From contig NW_026781911.1 in assembly GCF_031769215.1 (NCBI RefSeq), forward strand, positions 558,001 to 622,000: DNA of 64,000 nt, in the 5' to 3' direction. The notes under the pieces are model-generated. The model ran no database searches, was not told the DNA's origin, and was given only the letters and a program-made list of their open reading frames with translations. Made by a program: the position numbers and the translations under genes. Positions within the stretch are counted from its first letter, which is position 1; every line of letters starts with the position of its first letter. Positions 11,401 through 24,480 of the stretch are shown piece after piece. This DNA comes from Ylistrum balloti (Eukaryota).

Positions 11401-14400
11401 GTTTGTTAATTTCTAACAGGTGACCATGTTTTAATTGATAGTTAAAGATTATTATTATTTCTTATGAGGAATTTGTAAATTCCATACAATTAAGAGCAAA
11501 TAAAAGTTAAGAAGTGAAAAGATCCAATTTTTAAAGAACATGAAGTTCAAACAATGGTGGGCGCCAAGAATCCTCTTGGATTTCAGTTGTCTGTCCAAAA
11601 CTGTGATATCTACTTGATGCTTTTTTGCTTCATTTGAAGGGTGTCAGTCTTCCTCTACCAGATGTAGCTGTGAAGTCAGAAGCAGGTAAAACTTGATTTT
11701 TTTAGATGTGAAGTTTGTGATACCTCAGCAAGGTGAAGTCATGCTTCACCTACAATAAAGTATTATACAGTTATTCACCTTATCACAGTATTTGGATCTG
11801 AACAAAGACATGGAAATATTATAACAAAACTGAAGGAATTTTGTTACAAATCACTGTAAGGAACATGATAAGTTCCTTCTACTTATAAGTTTATGATAAG
11901 TTTATTTATCATTTCACAAACAGATTGATATCCAAGTTTGTACCATTGCGAATAACTGTTTCATTCTGTGTAAAAATTAGTTTTCATTTCAGTAATAATT
12001 ACCATAACTTTAGTATGCAAATATGGTACCTACACCCATCTTTGTATCCCAAAAACAAAAGATTCAAAAATCCCGCCCTCCCTACGACCATGAGCCTTCA
12101 CGTCATGAACATAGAGTTATTTCCCTTCCTCTTATCTTTATGGCTACCAGAGCGGGCGGACGTGCTATATTCAGCTGAGTGCCTTCCTTTTCCTTTTAGC
12201 TTAAGTCTACCTTATAGCCTATTATTTATATATCGGTTTATTGCTTTAAACCCATCCTTAACTATAACAGTCTTTTGCAGACGTTTATTTAGTTAATATA
12301 TTGCTTTTAGGCCTCAATCGGCCGGCCTTTGTTCGGCCTTTGTTCGGCCATTTTGCTATACTCCACGCACCGAGCGCGTATCTACGTGTTTTGCGCTGTT
12401 CGGTTTTTTCGTGAAGTTTTTTTTTTCGCTTTTTATCGGTCGTATTATTTATTCGACCGTATATTTTGCTTTGCTTTTTTACGTTTCGTTAGCTTTTGCT
12501 TTCGTTCGTATTTGTTTGTTGGAGTTGTGTTTTTTCACTCCATTTATTTTTGTTACGTTTATTTGTATTAATAACTGTCGTTATTTGATTATTTATTTCG
12601 TAACAATTATGGATTCAGGGATGCGTCGTGGTTCAGCACATGGGTTCACTTCTACGGAGAGCACATGATGCCTGTCCCTTATGCCGGCCTTGTGTAAAAA
12701 TTCATCCTCATCTTTAGTTTACCCCCAGCCCTGAGCCGAGGGGTGAGGTTGTCACTGCTGGGGGTGTTCTCACACTGAGCTCCGCCCTCGAGCAGTTTCC
12801 ATGAATTGTCACATATTAACAGATACCTGTCAATCTTCATTATTCGAACCACCATTACTACAACTGTAACTATTACCATATTGTGTCACAAAAATAATCA
12901 TAACCTGCTACTCGTGGAGAACTAACTACAAGAGGATTTAAGAGTACTCCAGACTTACAACCGACGGATACCAATATATTTAGAGTCACAGTATATTTCA
13001 ATCAGTAATTAAGAAGTGAAAATTTACTATGATATCTAGGAATCATTTACAGGGCATATTGGCCAGCTGCCTCTGTCATCCGTACATTTAAATCTACTTC
13101 ATGGTAACAAAGCTACACAGATCTGCTATTGATTTTGTCAACATAACAAATTCATCACTTTTACACTCCTTATAAAAATTGCCGGAGTTGATTCCATGGA
13201 AGTATCTGATGTCTACTAAAGTTTATTGTTGGGAAATCTGGTGATAATTACAGATAGACCAGAAATAGAACCAACTGTTTTGAAACCATGACAACTCAGT
13301 AAGCATTAAGATATCAGTATTTTACTCATTTGAACTTCTGATGACTGAAATTTTGTTAGGAAGCTGAAATACTGAATTAAATAAAAATTTTAAAGCCTCA
13401 CATTTTTCCATATTAAAAGTGGTAAGAGATGTGTACTGCAATTGTATCAGTATTTTTCTTGAATGTAATTATGTAATTTGATCTCTTTGTCTGGAATCTG
13501 TACAGTATTTTGTTTTCAGGAAAACTAAGTGTAATAGTTGCGACAGGACCATTTACAACTTCGGATAATTTGGCTTACGAACCTCTGACAGACCTGTGTA
13601 AATACATCAACCGAGACTCCCCAGATGTCTGTATATTGGTGAGATGTACTACTCTTTCTTGCCACTGGACCAAATCAGACTGTAGCTCCAGATTGGGGAA
13701 CTCTTCATAATTGATTATTATATACAAAACACTGATCTTTGTAAATCATGTACAGTGCAACTTTCCCACCATGTAGTTTTGCATCTAAGTTATAATGTTA
13801 TTTTGACACTTACAAATATAAATATTTTTAATCAATAAAATATGCAGCATATGGAGGGCATGTAAATGCTGATAGAGAACGGAATGGTTAATGTGATATA
13901 CAGAACAGAACTGGCAAACAGAGAACAGACTGGTTGATATAAAATGGAATCGCTTTAATTATATCCAAGTCTGGACCAGTTAAGTTGGTTCACTGCTGCA
14001 AACCAAAAATTCCTCAGCTGGTCAAATATTCATGTCTCATGCATGGTCAGTTTGGAGAAGTTCCACTGTATATCATTACAACAGAAATTATTTAGAGTGT
14101 TATCGCTCAAAGTCTCAATATTTTTCTTCATGATTATACATTAAAGCATTGATCTAATCGTTCATTTTCTTTGTAGCTTGGTCCATTCGTTGATGTAAAA
14201 AACGATCAGATTGAGGTAAGATGTGATTGTTACCTTGTTTTTTAGTATCTAATAATAATCAATAGATAACTGTAGGAGTGTCAATGGATTGCCATGAAAA
14301 TTTGAAAAAGTGATAGGAAAGACAACTTAATGTCGATTTTGGAACATGATGTGAAGACTTTCTGTAAAATATTTTACAACCGAGAGCGTGCTAACAGAGA

Positions 14401-17400
14401 ACTTAAGTTTTATAATACAAAGAAAATGGGATCCAGTGTCCTTGTGGGCAGTTTCATTAATTTTCAGTAAACTTCCTAGGATGGATTCCTAATACACAAG
14501 TCCGGTTCTAGTAACATATAAACAATTAGTATAGATGACCTGGTTTTAATGTTGACATGTTTCAACATACTAGGTATACTGTGCTCAGAACAGTGCATCA
14601 ATTCAAAATACAGGACATATGGTATCTGATTGTACTTTCAGAAAGGAAATTGCACAACCTCATATGATGAACTTTTCTGGATGCAAATGAAAAGTCTCAG
14701 TGACATTGCAGACAAGTGAGTTATGATGATGTAACATTTTATCATACGTATTCTATCCCAAGACAGCTGTTAGCAGATGTAGTATGAGCTATATTTTTAT
14801 TCCACCATCATCAGATGGGGTTGGCTGTTGGAACTGCAGCCATGGTTTGTCTGTTTTTTATGGAGAAGTATTTTTTGGATCATTCTCATATTTCATAAGA
14901 AAATACTTTTTGATTTTTGGACTGATAAGAAAAACAAACTGGCTGATAGGGGGCTTTTATTTTATTTTTACAATGGAAGTTTTTTATCTTTCACAAGACC
15001 AGGGACTTGCCTGGTTATTTTGCAAATTACTGCTTGGGTCTAGATAAGAATGACATTAATTGTTTAGGCCAAGTTGCAGAATTATTGTAAAATGGTTAAT
15101 AATAAAAATGGTTCTCTAAATTTTACTCAGTAGATGTTTGTAAAAACTGCTATCCAATCAAAAACATCTTGATAATATGTGTAACTGCTCATTCATATTA
15201 CAGCTCGGGATGCAAGTTCATAGTGGTGCCTTCTTACAGAGATATCCACCATGATTATGTATATCCTCAACCTCCATTTGATCCAAAGAACCTCAAGCCA
15301 AATGTAAGTTGGTAAAAAGATGAATAAAAGGATTGCTATTCATTTGTTGGAGAGTAAATACTGTAAATTGAATTAAGGAGCATGCATTCATCATATATAT
15401 GTTGGTGCTTCCCTTTGACAGCATATTGTAGCATGCTTTGAAAGTCTTCAAAGCAAACTCCAATGTACTGAAAGAGTAAATTCTGTCTTATGAATAGGTT
15501 GGATGCAGATTTCTTTTGTCTTACAAATTTTCTTTAGAAATACTTAAATTGATAATTTGTTTTGTAAGTTCCTGTCCCGGTCTCCTGGTCTTTTAAAACA
15601 GGTAAAGCATTTCCATTGGTTTTGTAAAGACTTGTGGCATTTCACGCACATGGTGAGAGAAATGTCTACTTTGATTGGAAGATGCTATAGCAACATCTGA
15701 GTTCAGAATCACTGACCCCTAGAAGAATATGGTGAATGCTGGCAGATATCTGATAGTGAAAATTTATTTTTACTAATGTACTCTAGGTTTCTTGAAAACC
15801 TTATCATATTACATCCTTTCTACTTCACTGTCTTTCCCACCTGAATTTTCTCTCCTCTTTCTACAATCTGCCCAAAAGACATATACTTATAAATGCGTTC
15901 CTTTCTCTGCACACGTACACACAATTTTGTTTAATAAACATTTCTCTCTATTTTTAGCTTAATTGGCTGTTTTTATAGATTTTTATTGGCATCTTCTTCA
16001 AAATGCTATTGCCCTAACTTTATTATGTTGCTCATTGCAGTTGTCCAAGAACCTGCACTTCATGCCTGACCCGTGTACTGTGTGTGTTGACAATGTAGTA
16101 TTTGGAATCACTTCCACAGACATCCTTATGCAGCTAGGTGCAGAGGAAATCTCTTGGTACGTAATCTCACAGGAATGTCAGTGTCACAACAATAAGCAAA
16201 GTTAAGCAAAATTCTCATCAGTGAAAACTTAGTAGCTGCTGTGAGAAAATGGGTACAAATGAAAGTAACAAAGTAAAGGAGAAGTAGGCACACATCCTGG
16301 ATACTCTAGGGATTACAATCACTTTCACTTTCTGCACCCCTGGAACATTAAACAAAATCGAAGGTTCCCTGTGCAACACCTTGTGGACAAGACAACAAGA
16401 CTATCGTATTTTTCAGGTTATAAGCTGCAGGGCCAATTTTTACTGATTTTTTCTATTTAATCCACATGTAAGCCACACCTTTTATTGAAAACCCTTGCAT
16501 GCTGACCAAATTCTTATAGTCCCATGTTATTTCTTCTTGTAAGTTACATGAAGCCATTCCTATTGTAAACAAAACTGCAATCGTTCTAGAATATGACCTA
16601 TACCCCGATGACCTATCGATCCCAGAACACAAAGGGCTATTGTAAACTTCTGCTATGGCTTCAAAGTAACTGTTAAAAGTCCAGAAGATATTATTGTGAT
16701 TTATATTAAAAAATCCACAAGAATGTTATTTCTATTTCAATCTTCAAATCATCCTGTATACGATTGTAAATGACAGTTCTAGATGATCAATTTCAGTCAC
16801 AAACACGTGATGGGCAGGTACTCATTTAAAAAACCCCAATACTCTCTCGTACTGGTGAACTTGTACGCTTTCTGTTTTTAGGTCATGGTGACCAATAGCC
16901 ATTGTGCTTCGTCCGTTATTGTCTGCCTTGAATAAACGTTTGACATTTTAAACTTCTTCTACATAACTTCGGTGGGATTGAGCTCAAACTTGCATGAAAT
17001 GATTCCAAGATGGTCTTACCCCTGTGTTTTTATTTTGCAATTATGTCTGAAATCCAAGATGGCCACCATAGCTGCCATCTTGAAAAAAATATTTCAAACT
17101 TCCAAAGTAAAGTTTCACTGGTGCCATTGATCTAAAAAAAATATAGTAGGAATGTAAAGGAAAGGTAGCCAACAAAGTGTTAATTTTTCTACCTTGTCAA
17201 AACTTTTATACCGCAACCAGGGAGGTCATTTTATAACATGATACCACAATCATGTTTTTTGTTGATTTTTTTGTTTTGTTTGCAACACTTATTTTTTTTT
17301 GCATGAAGCTTATGATTTGGAAAAATACGGTCACATTACTAGCTTTGATGTTTGGTATAGCTTTGATGTTTGGTATCACTCCTTTGTAATTTGCATAAGA

Positions 17401-18695
17401 AGCATATCAGCCTGTGATTGGTCAGTTTTTTCTCCTTGAACCAATCAAATCTACTTAGTTTGTGCCTTCAATTTTGCCATGACAAGTTCCATGGGTGCAG
17501 TTAACAAAAGTGATCGTAATCCCAGGAGTACTGAGACAAATTACAGTGAACAGGTAACAAAAAAAGAGAAGAATGCACTAGGGCACACATTACAGTGAAC
17601 CGGTAAAAAAATAAAAGAGCTCAAATTACACTAACAATTTTGGGGAAGTAGGTACAGGGATACACATTACAGTGAATAAGTAACAAAATAAAGGGGAATT
17701 AGGGGTTTCTATTAAGGTCTGATCAATCTGGTTCATATACATTTGGCTAGTCAGTCTAACATAGATTATAGAATGTACAGCTATTTCACAATGATGGACT
17801 CTTAGGGTTCCTCATTATCTGTTGTTACAAGTTGTAATTTAGAAAATTTAGATACTATTTTATTAAGTATAAAGTTCATGTGTATGAAACGTAATATCAC
17901 AGATATTTAATATTGAATATTGCAGCAACATCCCTGGATCAACAGATCGTCTAGGACGACTAACACAACATCTTCTTACCCAGAGGAACTACTACCCACT
18001 CTGTCCTCCTGCTGATGAAGTCAACATTGACTACAAATACTTTGAGGACAAAGGGAGGATACCAGTTACTCCACATGTGCTTATTGTACCATCTGATCTG
18101 AAACAGTTTGTGAAGGTAACTGCAGTATCTTATAAAAATGTTTGAAACATTTGTCAGAGTAGCTCCATTTGTAATCTGACCATATCTTGAGCAATATATA
18201 AGAATAATGATAAGATTTCCATTTTGCTGGAACCACAACAAAATATTTCAAGACAAATGTTTCATCTTCAAGACAATTTATTCACCAGTTAACTCTGCAT
18301 AGAATAGTAGTTCATAAACCACAACTGGTATGAAATTTTATGATTTAGAATTTGAATTTCATTTATATGGTAACTGGTCCAGTAAGCCATCAACAAAAGG
18401 ATACATGGAATTACATGCAGTTTCCTGTAAATCTGACATAATTAAGAAGTATAGAAGTTAGTGGTTTGAGTTACTTGTGTCAGTGACATGCCATTATTTA
18501 ATCTGCAATATGCATGATACTCTGCTTTTATTTCAGGACATTCAAGGATGTTGTTGTATAAACCCAGGACGGCTCTCAAAAGGACAAAGTGGGGGCACAT
18601 ACTGCCGACTTGTGATACAAACAGACCAGCTGTCAAAGAATACAAACTCGTCATCAGTCTTACCACATCTGTCAGCACAGGTCCTCCGAGTCTAA
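4722..18695 (+). CDS. POLA2: DNA polymerase alpha subunit B (15 coding exons, ~606 aa)
   Basis: Exons 4722-4800, 5214-5347, 7604-7686, 7818-8003, 8167-8354, 9170-9414, 10787-10849, 11640-11685, 13520-13638, 14177-14215, 14642-14715, 15204-15303, 16041-16156, 17926-18115 and 18537-18695 splice in frame (1821 nt). Recognisable motifs: EPVTVVGRIGCDSIGKLNAKSVILEG, FSLFPGQIV, VATGPFTTSDNL, GPFVD, VVPSYRDIHHDYVYPQPPF, NYYPLCPP, PHVLIVPSDL, INPGRLSKG. Confidence 0.95.
5459..5491. repeat. (TAA)n microsatellite
   Basis: About 10-11 consecutive TAA/AAT units in POLA2 intron 2. Confidence 0.95.
8490..8850. mobile_element. Non-autonomous Helitron-like (HINE/DINE-type) element remnant
   Basis: Short subterminal inverted repeat TAGTCCCC (8493-8500) / GGGGACTA (8513-8520), followed by a T/GT-rich tract and AAGGTAGGTCAC-type internal motifs. 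The family assignment comes from general knowledge of bivalve repeats; the right boundary is approximate. Confidence 0.45.
12060..12960. mobile_element. CpG-rich insertion in a POLA2 intron, probable transposon 5' fragment
   Basis: Abrupt rise in CpG content, a strongly T-biased tract (12380-12610) and repeated CGGCCTTTGTT units; the composition differs from the flanking intron. Family not identified. Confidence 0.4.
13751..14070. mobile_element. MITE (~320 bp) with TA-flanked terminal inverted repeats, Tc1/mariner-type
   Basis: Left end TACAGTGCAACTTTCCCA (13751-13768) versus the reverse complement of the right end, TACAGTGGAACTTCTCCA (14053-14070): 15/18 identical. Confidence 0.65.
16878..17200. 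mobile_element. Interspersed repeat remnant (HINE-like)
   Basis: Begins TTTTTAGGTCATGGTGACC (short inverted repeat), then GTCCGTT..GTCTG, AAACTTCTTC and TCCAAGATGGCCACC...GCCATCTTGAAA. Similar motifs recur at 20700-21370 and 30665-30680. Confidence 0.45.
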
Positions 18696-20169
18696 TACAT
18701 ATTTATAAAGATCAACTGTCATAGAGTGTAAATTCCTCATCATGACAGGTTTTCTATGGGACCAAATATTTTGTTAGAACTAGTCCTCTGTCTGATATGT
18801 GACCAGCTGTTAACAAGTACATTCTCATCAATAGTCATACCACATCTGTCAGTGCAGGTCCTCTGTGATGCCAATTGATTCATTTGGTCTAGTCCTCGAT
18901 GCCAGATATCTGCAGACCGACTTGGGCAGTAAACGATCATCCCTAGTAAAACCTGTCCTATTGGGAAAAGTACATTAAGTCTGAAATATAAAGTACTATA
19001 CACTAAACCTTCCCCTGATATGTGTCAGAACTCCAAGGCCGATATGCACAAACCAAACTGTTTCGCAGTCATGAGCACAGCATGGATAATCTAGGCAACT
19101 CTAGAAAAGATTCTGTCTTCATAACATATAACATACTTTTTTATGCTTTTTATGAGATAGGTGTTTTGTGTGCTTTCTTTGAAGTCCATATACTCGTCTG
19201 TATGATGCCTTTTACTATTGGCAATTTGTATTTTGTTACAATTTTTTTCATTCAGACATTATTGGTTGTAGTGTATTTATGGTATGTTATATACCTTTTA
19301 TGTAAATGGATATGTATGAAATTGAACAAATAAATGTATTTAAAATGTAAGACAATGTTTGTTATTATTAAATGATTGGAATAAGTCATTAATATTTTGA
19401 CATGTTGAGATTATGACATAGTGTATATCGTCTGTTGACAAATTGACAATTTCTTCTTTCTTAATTTCAGGATGAACTTTTACCAAATTTGACTGGAAAT
19501 ATATATTAAAATGTGGTGAAGATTCAAGTTATACATTTAGAGAGAAAGGGTGTGGCCATAGGGAAGTAGGGGTAGAATTGGTTCTTATTACCTTATGCAT
19601 GATCAAATTTCACTTCTGGAAAAAAGTTCCGATTAAATAACATTTTAGTTTGCCACCAAGAAACAAAGCAGTTTTATTTGCTTAAATTTTATACATGATC
19701 ATCATTAGTTCATGCAAGTTGAACTTTCAAAAAATGCCTCAAAGAAATAACTTTTTTTAACAAATGTAATAAAAACGGCCCCACACGTCAAGAATTGTGA
19801 CTGTGAAATGTTGTTATCTGATTCTTCAGGAGTACAGAATGGGCCAGTCACAAATTATAAAAATTATTACCAATTTTCATGTGGGAATTCCTCCTTTTCT
19901 CACATTAAAATGTTAAAGCTGATTATCAAAACAAAAAAATAAATAAGTTGGTCCAATAGTGGTCATTTTGAGTGTTTACAACTCTGAAGATTGATCTTGA
20001 TATTTGTTGGAAAGTGGTTTAAATGTTTAGCTCCAATTCCTTAAAGTTTCATTTGTAAATAATGTTGGCACCTGTAAATACATGTAGAAGTGATTAGGTG
20101 CAAAGAAGAGAAAATATCCAACTTATATAGTTATTGGTAGGGAGAGTGTTATACTGGAATCAGGTTGCC

Positions 20170-21400
20170 CATCTATGTCGGAATCTTGTCCAGACAATTC
20201 CTCCTGCAGGTTTCCCCCCCCCCCCCAAACTTTGTATAACTACATACCCTGGTATGCAGTCATCATATACTGAAGTTGTAAGCTTGTCCTTACTTTAGGA
20301 CTTGACTTTAATATTGCAGTTTTGTCCCTTTTACAATGATTTTTTAAAGACAGACTTGTCTGGACAACACTTAAGTTTTTTTTTTTTTAAATGTCCTGAC
20401 ACTCTTCAGACACTATCAAACACAAGCTTTGGAACTTCAGATATTTTTTATCAAACTTCCTAAATTCAGTTTTGCCCCTGTTTTTAGGAACTGTGAAGAA
20501 TGAATCTTGTCAAAACTCCTACTACAGTTTTTGTTCAAATCTTGTGACACATCACTGATGTGGTCATCAAACACAAATGTGCACCTGACAAAGTTTTATA
20601 AGTCTACTGGTATCTATTTTTATTGCAACACTGAATCTTGTCTGGATAACTCCACCTACAATATTTATCTGAATTTTGTGTAACATCAATTTAACAAAAG
20701 TCCAATGTAGCAGCCATTTTGTAACATGGTTGCGCAGTCATGGTTTCCTTGAGCAATGCCTCTCTTCAACTTCTTATGTTCCACAGTTTGGATTCAGCTG
20801 AAATTTGTCTGAAATTATCCAGAGATCATTCTGACCAAGTTTTGTAATATTTTGGGTCAGTCAGACATCCAATGTGACCATCATGGCATGTCTGCACATT
20901 TGAAACCTCTCAATTTCCACCAATGCCACTAAGCAAATTGATAGGGATGTTAAGGAAAGAAAGCTGAGAGAGTTGTTATTTTTCAGCTTTGTCAAAAGTT
21001 CAACATGGCAATCATGAACACCCATCTTGAAATACAAAGCTTCAACTTCTTCGCAAGTTCCAATAAAGCCATTGCACGGAAATTTGATGGAATCTGATTT
21101 TGAGAAACTGAAACGAAGAGTGTTTCAAGTTTGCCTTATCTGCTGAAATATTCAAACTGTTTTAATTATTCAATAACTATTTCCACTACTACTACTGCCG
21201 TCATTGTATCATAATGACAATGAAAGATTGTTATCTTGATGTCTAGAGAAACACCAGATTTAACTTTATACAATGTAGATGTGGATTCCCATTGATCCCC
21301 AGTGGTACCTTTTGATCATGGGACTGATCAAAACATAACATGGCTGACAGGTTACCATCTTGGATTTTGACTGTTAGATATTAATTACACAATACTTAAA
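20170..21400. mobile_element. Intergenic interspersed repeat cluster with internal diverged repeats
   Basis: Recurrent CTTGTC(C/T)(A/G)GACAA / AAACTT motifs at 20185, 20355 and 20637, and (C)CATCTTG motifs at 21024 and 21355. Confidence 0.4.
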
Positions 21401-21429
21401 TTGTTTGAAGGGAGAAAATAACTCTTCCA

Positions 21430-21777
21430 AAAGAGTCACGAAATCGAACTACAAGAAGCCCACTCTAGGATGCACTATGTCATAAAGTACGGGATAAAAC
21501 ACCTTAATTTTTTTCACATCCGGCCACGGAAGATTAAGAGTTATCGTCCTTGCGTATGTTGACATTTTCTGATATTCTCGTAAACAAGAAGGAGTCCATT
21601 CAAGTTTCTACGCTCTGGAGCGATGTAAGCATTGTTTAGCATTGAACTATTTGTATTGTTTCGTATTTGATTTTATAGCCTAGCGGATCATATGTGAATA
21701 TGTCCAACACATTGCACCAGTCGTGGTGACAACGGATTCCTTGTAAACAATTGCAAGTCCTCATTTCACGTTCACAG
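21430..21777 (+). promoter_or_regulatory. Putative promoter and non-coding first exon of the Kelch gene
   Basis: Local CpG enrichment ends at the donor-like CAG|GTACTT (21777/21778); the acceptor TTTTGTAG|G at 24466/24467 lies just before the Kelch ATG. Confidence 0.35.
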
Positions 21778-22244
21778 GTACTTGTGGACTGAGTTTCAGT
21801 TTTTAAAAGGTTGTTGTGTGTTGGTTTTTTTTATCTTAAGTTCTAATGAAATTGAGTACAGAAGTACCTGTATTCACGTTAGAGTCACAATATACACGTA
21901 TAAAGGCATGGTAATGCAACTCTGTTGCAAGAGCTTTTGCGAAAAAAATATATCCAGGATGAGTAGGCATAATTACAAATGGGTCAACATCAGCGGTACA
22001 AAAAAACTTTAATATGACGTTCTGTATGTGGAATATAGATATTTCATTACTAAATAACAGGAATCATACATAGAAAATCACACGCGATGGGGGGAGGGAG
22101 GGGGTTGCTGATAATTACATTTTGAATGATTGGATGGTCAGATGTATGTATTCTGACCTTATTCTGATCTTACGTTAACAAATTCAGCCCCTTTGATAAA
22201 AAAAAATGTAGTTTAGCGTTATGTAACGAGATCATATCTCAAAC

Positions 22245-22785
22245 TAATCCAGGTAGTTTCAGTAAACTGGTAATTTACATCTCAAATTAATCCAGGTAGT
22301 TTCAGTAAGTCGGTAATTTACATCTCAAATTAATCCAGGTAGTTTCAGTAAGTCGGTAATTTACATCTCAAATTAATACAGGTAGTTTCATTAAGTCGGT
22401 AATTTACATCTCAAATTAATCCAGGTAGTTTCAATAAGTCGGTAATTAACATCTCAAATGAATCTAGGTAGTTTCAGTAAACCGGTAATTTACATCTCAA
22501 ATTAATACAGGTAGTTTCATTAAGTCGGTAATTTACATCTCAAATTAATCTAGGTAGTTTCAATAAGTCGGTAATTAACATCTCAAATGAATCCAGGTAG
22601 TTTCAGTAAACCGGTAATTTACATCTCAAATTAATCCAGGTAGTTTCAGTAAGTCGGTAATTTACATCTCAAATTAATCCAGGTAGTTTCAGTAAGTCGG
22701 TAATTTACATCTCAAATTAATCCAGGTAGTTTCAGTAAGTCGGTAATTTGCATCTCAAATTAATCCAGGTAGTTCCAGTAAGTGA
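22245..22785. repeat. 43-bp minisatellite, about 12-13 copies
   Basis: Unit GTAATTTACATCTCAAATTAATCCAGGTAGTTTCAGTAAGTCG; period 43 (22270 to 22313). Confidence 0.95.
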
Positions 22786-24480
22786 GGCCTCATCCTGATG
22801 AAGCCTTGCATATAAGCATGAAACTGGTTGGGCAATAAATAGCCCACTTACTTTTGACACTTGGGTATGTTGCAAGTGAAATTACTTGAATTAATTTTCA
22901 TATTTTATTTTATTGCCTTGCATGCCTTTCAGTATCCATACCCAATGTGTAGCACCCCACTGATTAACAAATACTCTCTGAACTGACATAGACTCTTTCT
23001 CTTTAGATTACATCTTAATGTAGTACTAAAACACGGTATTGAGTATAACCACATTACAGCTTGTAAATTTATAGTGTTTCCAACCACCAGTTCAACCAAC
23101 CAACAGTGCAACTATCAGTACTTTAAGGTCATATATATATTTCTCCTGTTAATATACAGCGCAACGAAATACTCAGAACGACTCATAACTTATGCAGAAC
23201 TACCAAAAACTCATATATATATATCCAAATACATACTTCAAAAATCTGCAATATTTATGCTGTGTTTATGTCGTTTTTATATGTAAATATGTGAATTAAG
23301 CAGAAATCTTGTGAAAATAAATGTGAAATTGATATGTATTAATCAATATATTTATTTGATTTTTATGTATTTTTTAATTTCAGCGATACATATATTGATA
23401 CTTACCTTTGTTGTTATATTAACGACTTCTTACAAATTGTTCATATAGAGTTGAGTCATATTGTAATTGATGGACATAATTTATCATATTAATTAACATA
23501 TCCTCGTTAATTGTGTCCCTAACAATGTTGATCTATTGAAATCAAGGCAGATATGCTAGTTTTTGTTCCTTCTGTGCCCTGATGTATTGGAGATAAGCAT
23601 TACACACCCAAGGCTGACATGAGAACAACGTAAACTAAACACAAATGTTATAAATTTTAGTGTCATCTGTCATCTTTAAATATATTGTAAGCATTTTGGC
23701 AGTTTTTGGTAAGTTTTGGGTATTTCGTCGCACACATTTTATACAGTATAACATTAGCATTGTTAGAATTATTCTAATATTCTAAATGATCTTGCTGTTA
23801 TATCTTCTATCATTTATCAAACATCTGCCATTTAAATGTCCTTACATGAAAATTAATGACAACATCTTTATCAGACAAGTACATGGGTTATAGATCTCAC
23901 ATCTCAGTTTTATCTGCTGATGTAGATATGATATGCTTTACTCTAGCAACCTGTATGTATACATATCTTTAAGGGCTATAAGTTGCCTCTTTAGACATCA
24001 GGTGTTTATTTATCATATTATGAGGATGTCTTAATAGAATGATGACGTCCATACTTGGTAGGTACATGGTGTTTTGTAAAAAGTCATTACCCATACATGT
24101 ATATTGATTTTACTTTTAGACTACAACTAATATTGCCAATATAATATATTATGAATTGTATAAATCTAAGATGTGAGGAATAACACTATGCTGTATGATA
24201 TAAAAGGTAAAATTTTCTTTAAAAAGCCCCAGCATAAAATGAATACCTGTCTATAAAGGCTACTGTAATACATTCATAGTACAAAATACATTTAGGAACT
24301 CTATAATAATTGTTGTTTGCCTATTGTGGCCACTTTTCTCTGCTTCATTCAGTTGTCTTTCTAAACAGGTTCAACAGCAATATGTATCGCATGCCTATAG
24401 ATGTCAGAAGATATTATATTCCATATCTTATCCTAATGTCTATTTTTTATTGTTTCCATTTTGTAGGTTAGACATGCCTA

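Noticed and set aside
11925-12879. Phe-rich ORFs at 11925-12296, 12329-12571 and 12411-12668
   Set aside because: They reflect T-rich composition inside a POLA2 intron, with no domain signature.
15640-15790. Possible intronic snoRNA or RFX-like palindrome (GATGCTATAGCAAC at 15681-15694) in POLA2
   Set aside because: No convincing C/D or H/ACA box arrangement or terminal stem; a single imperfect motif is expected by chance.
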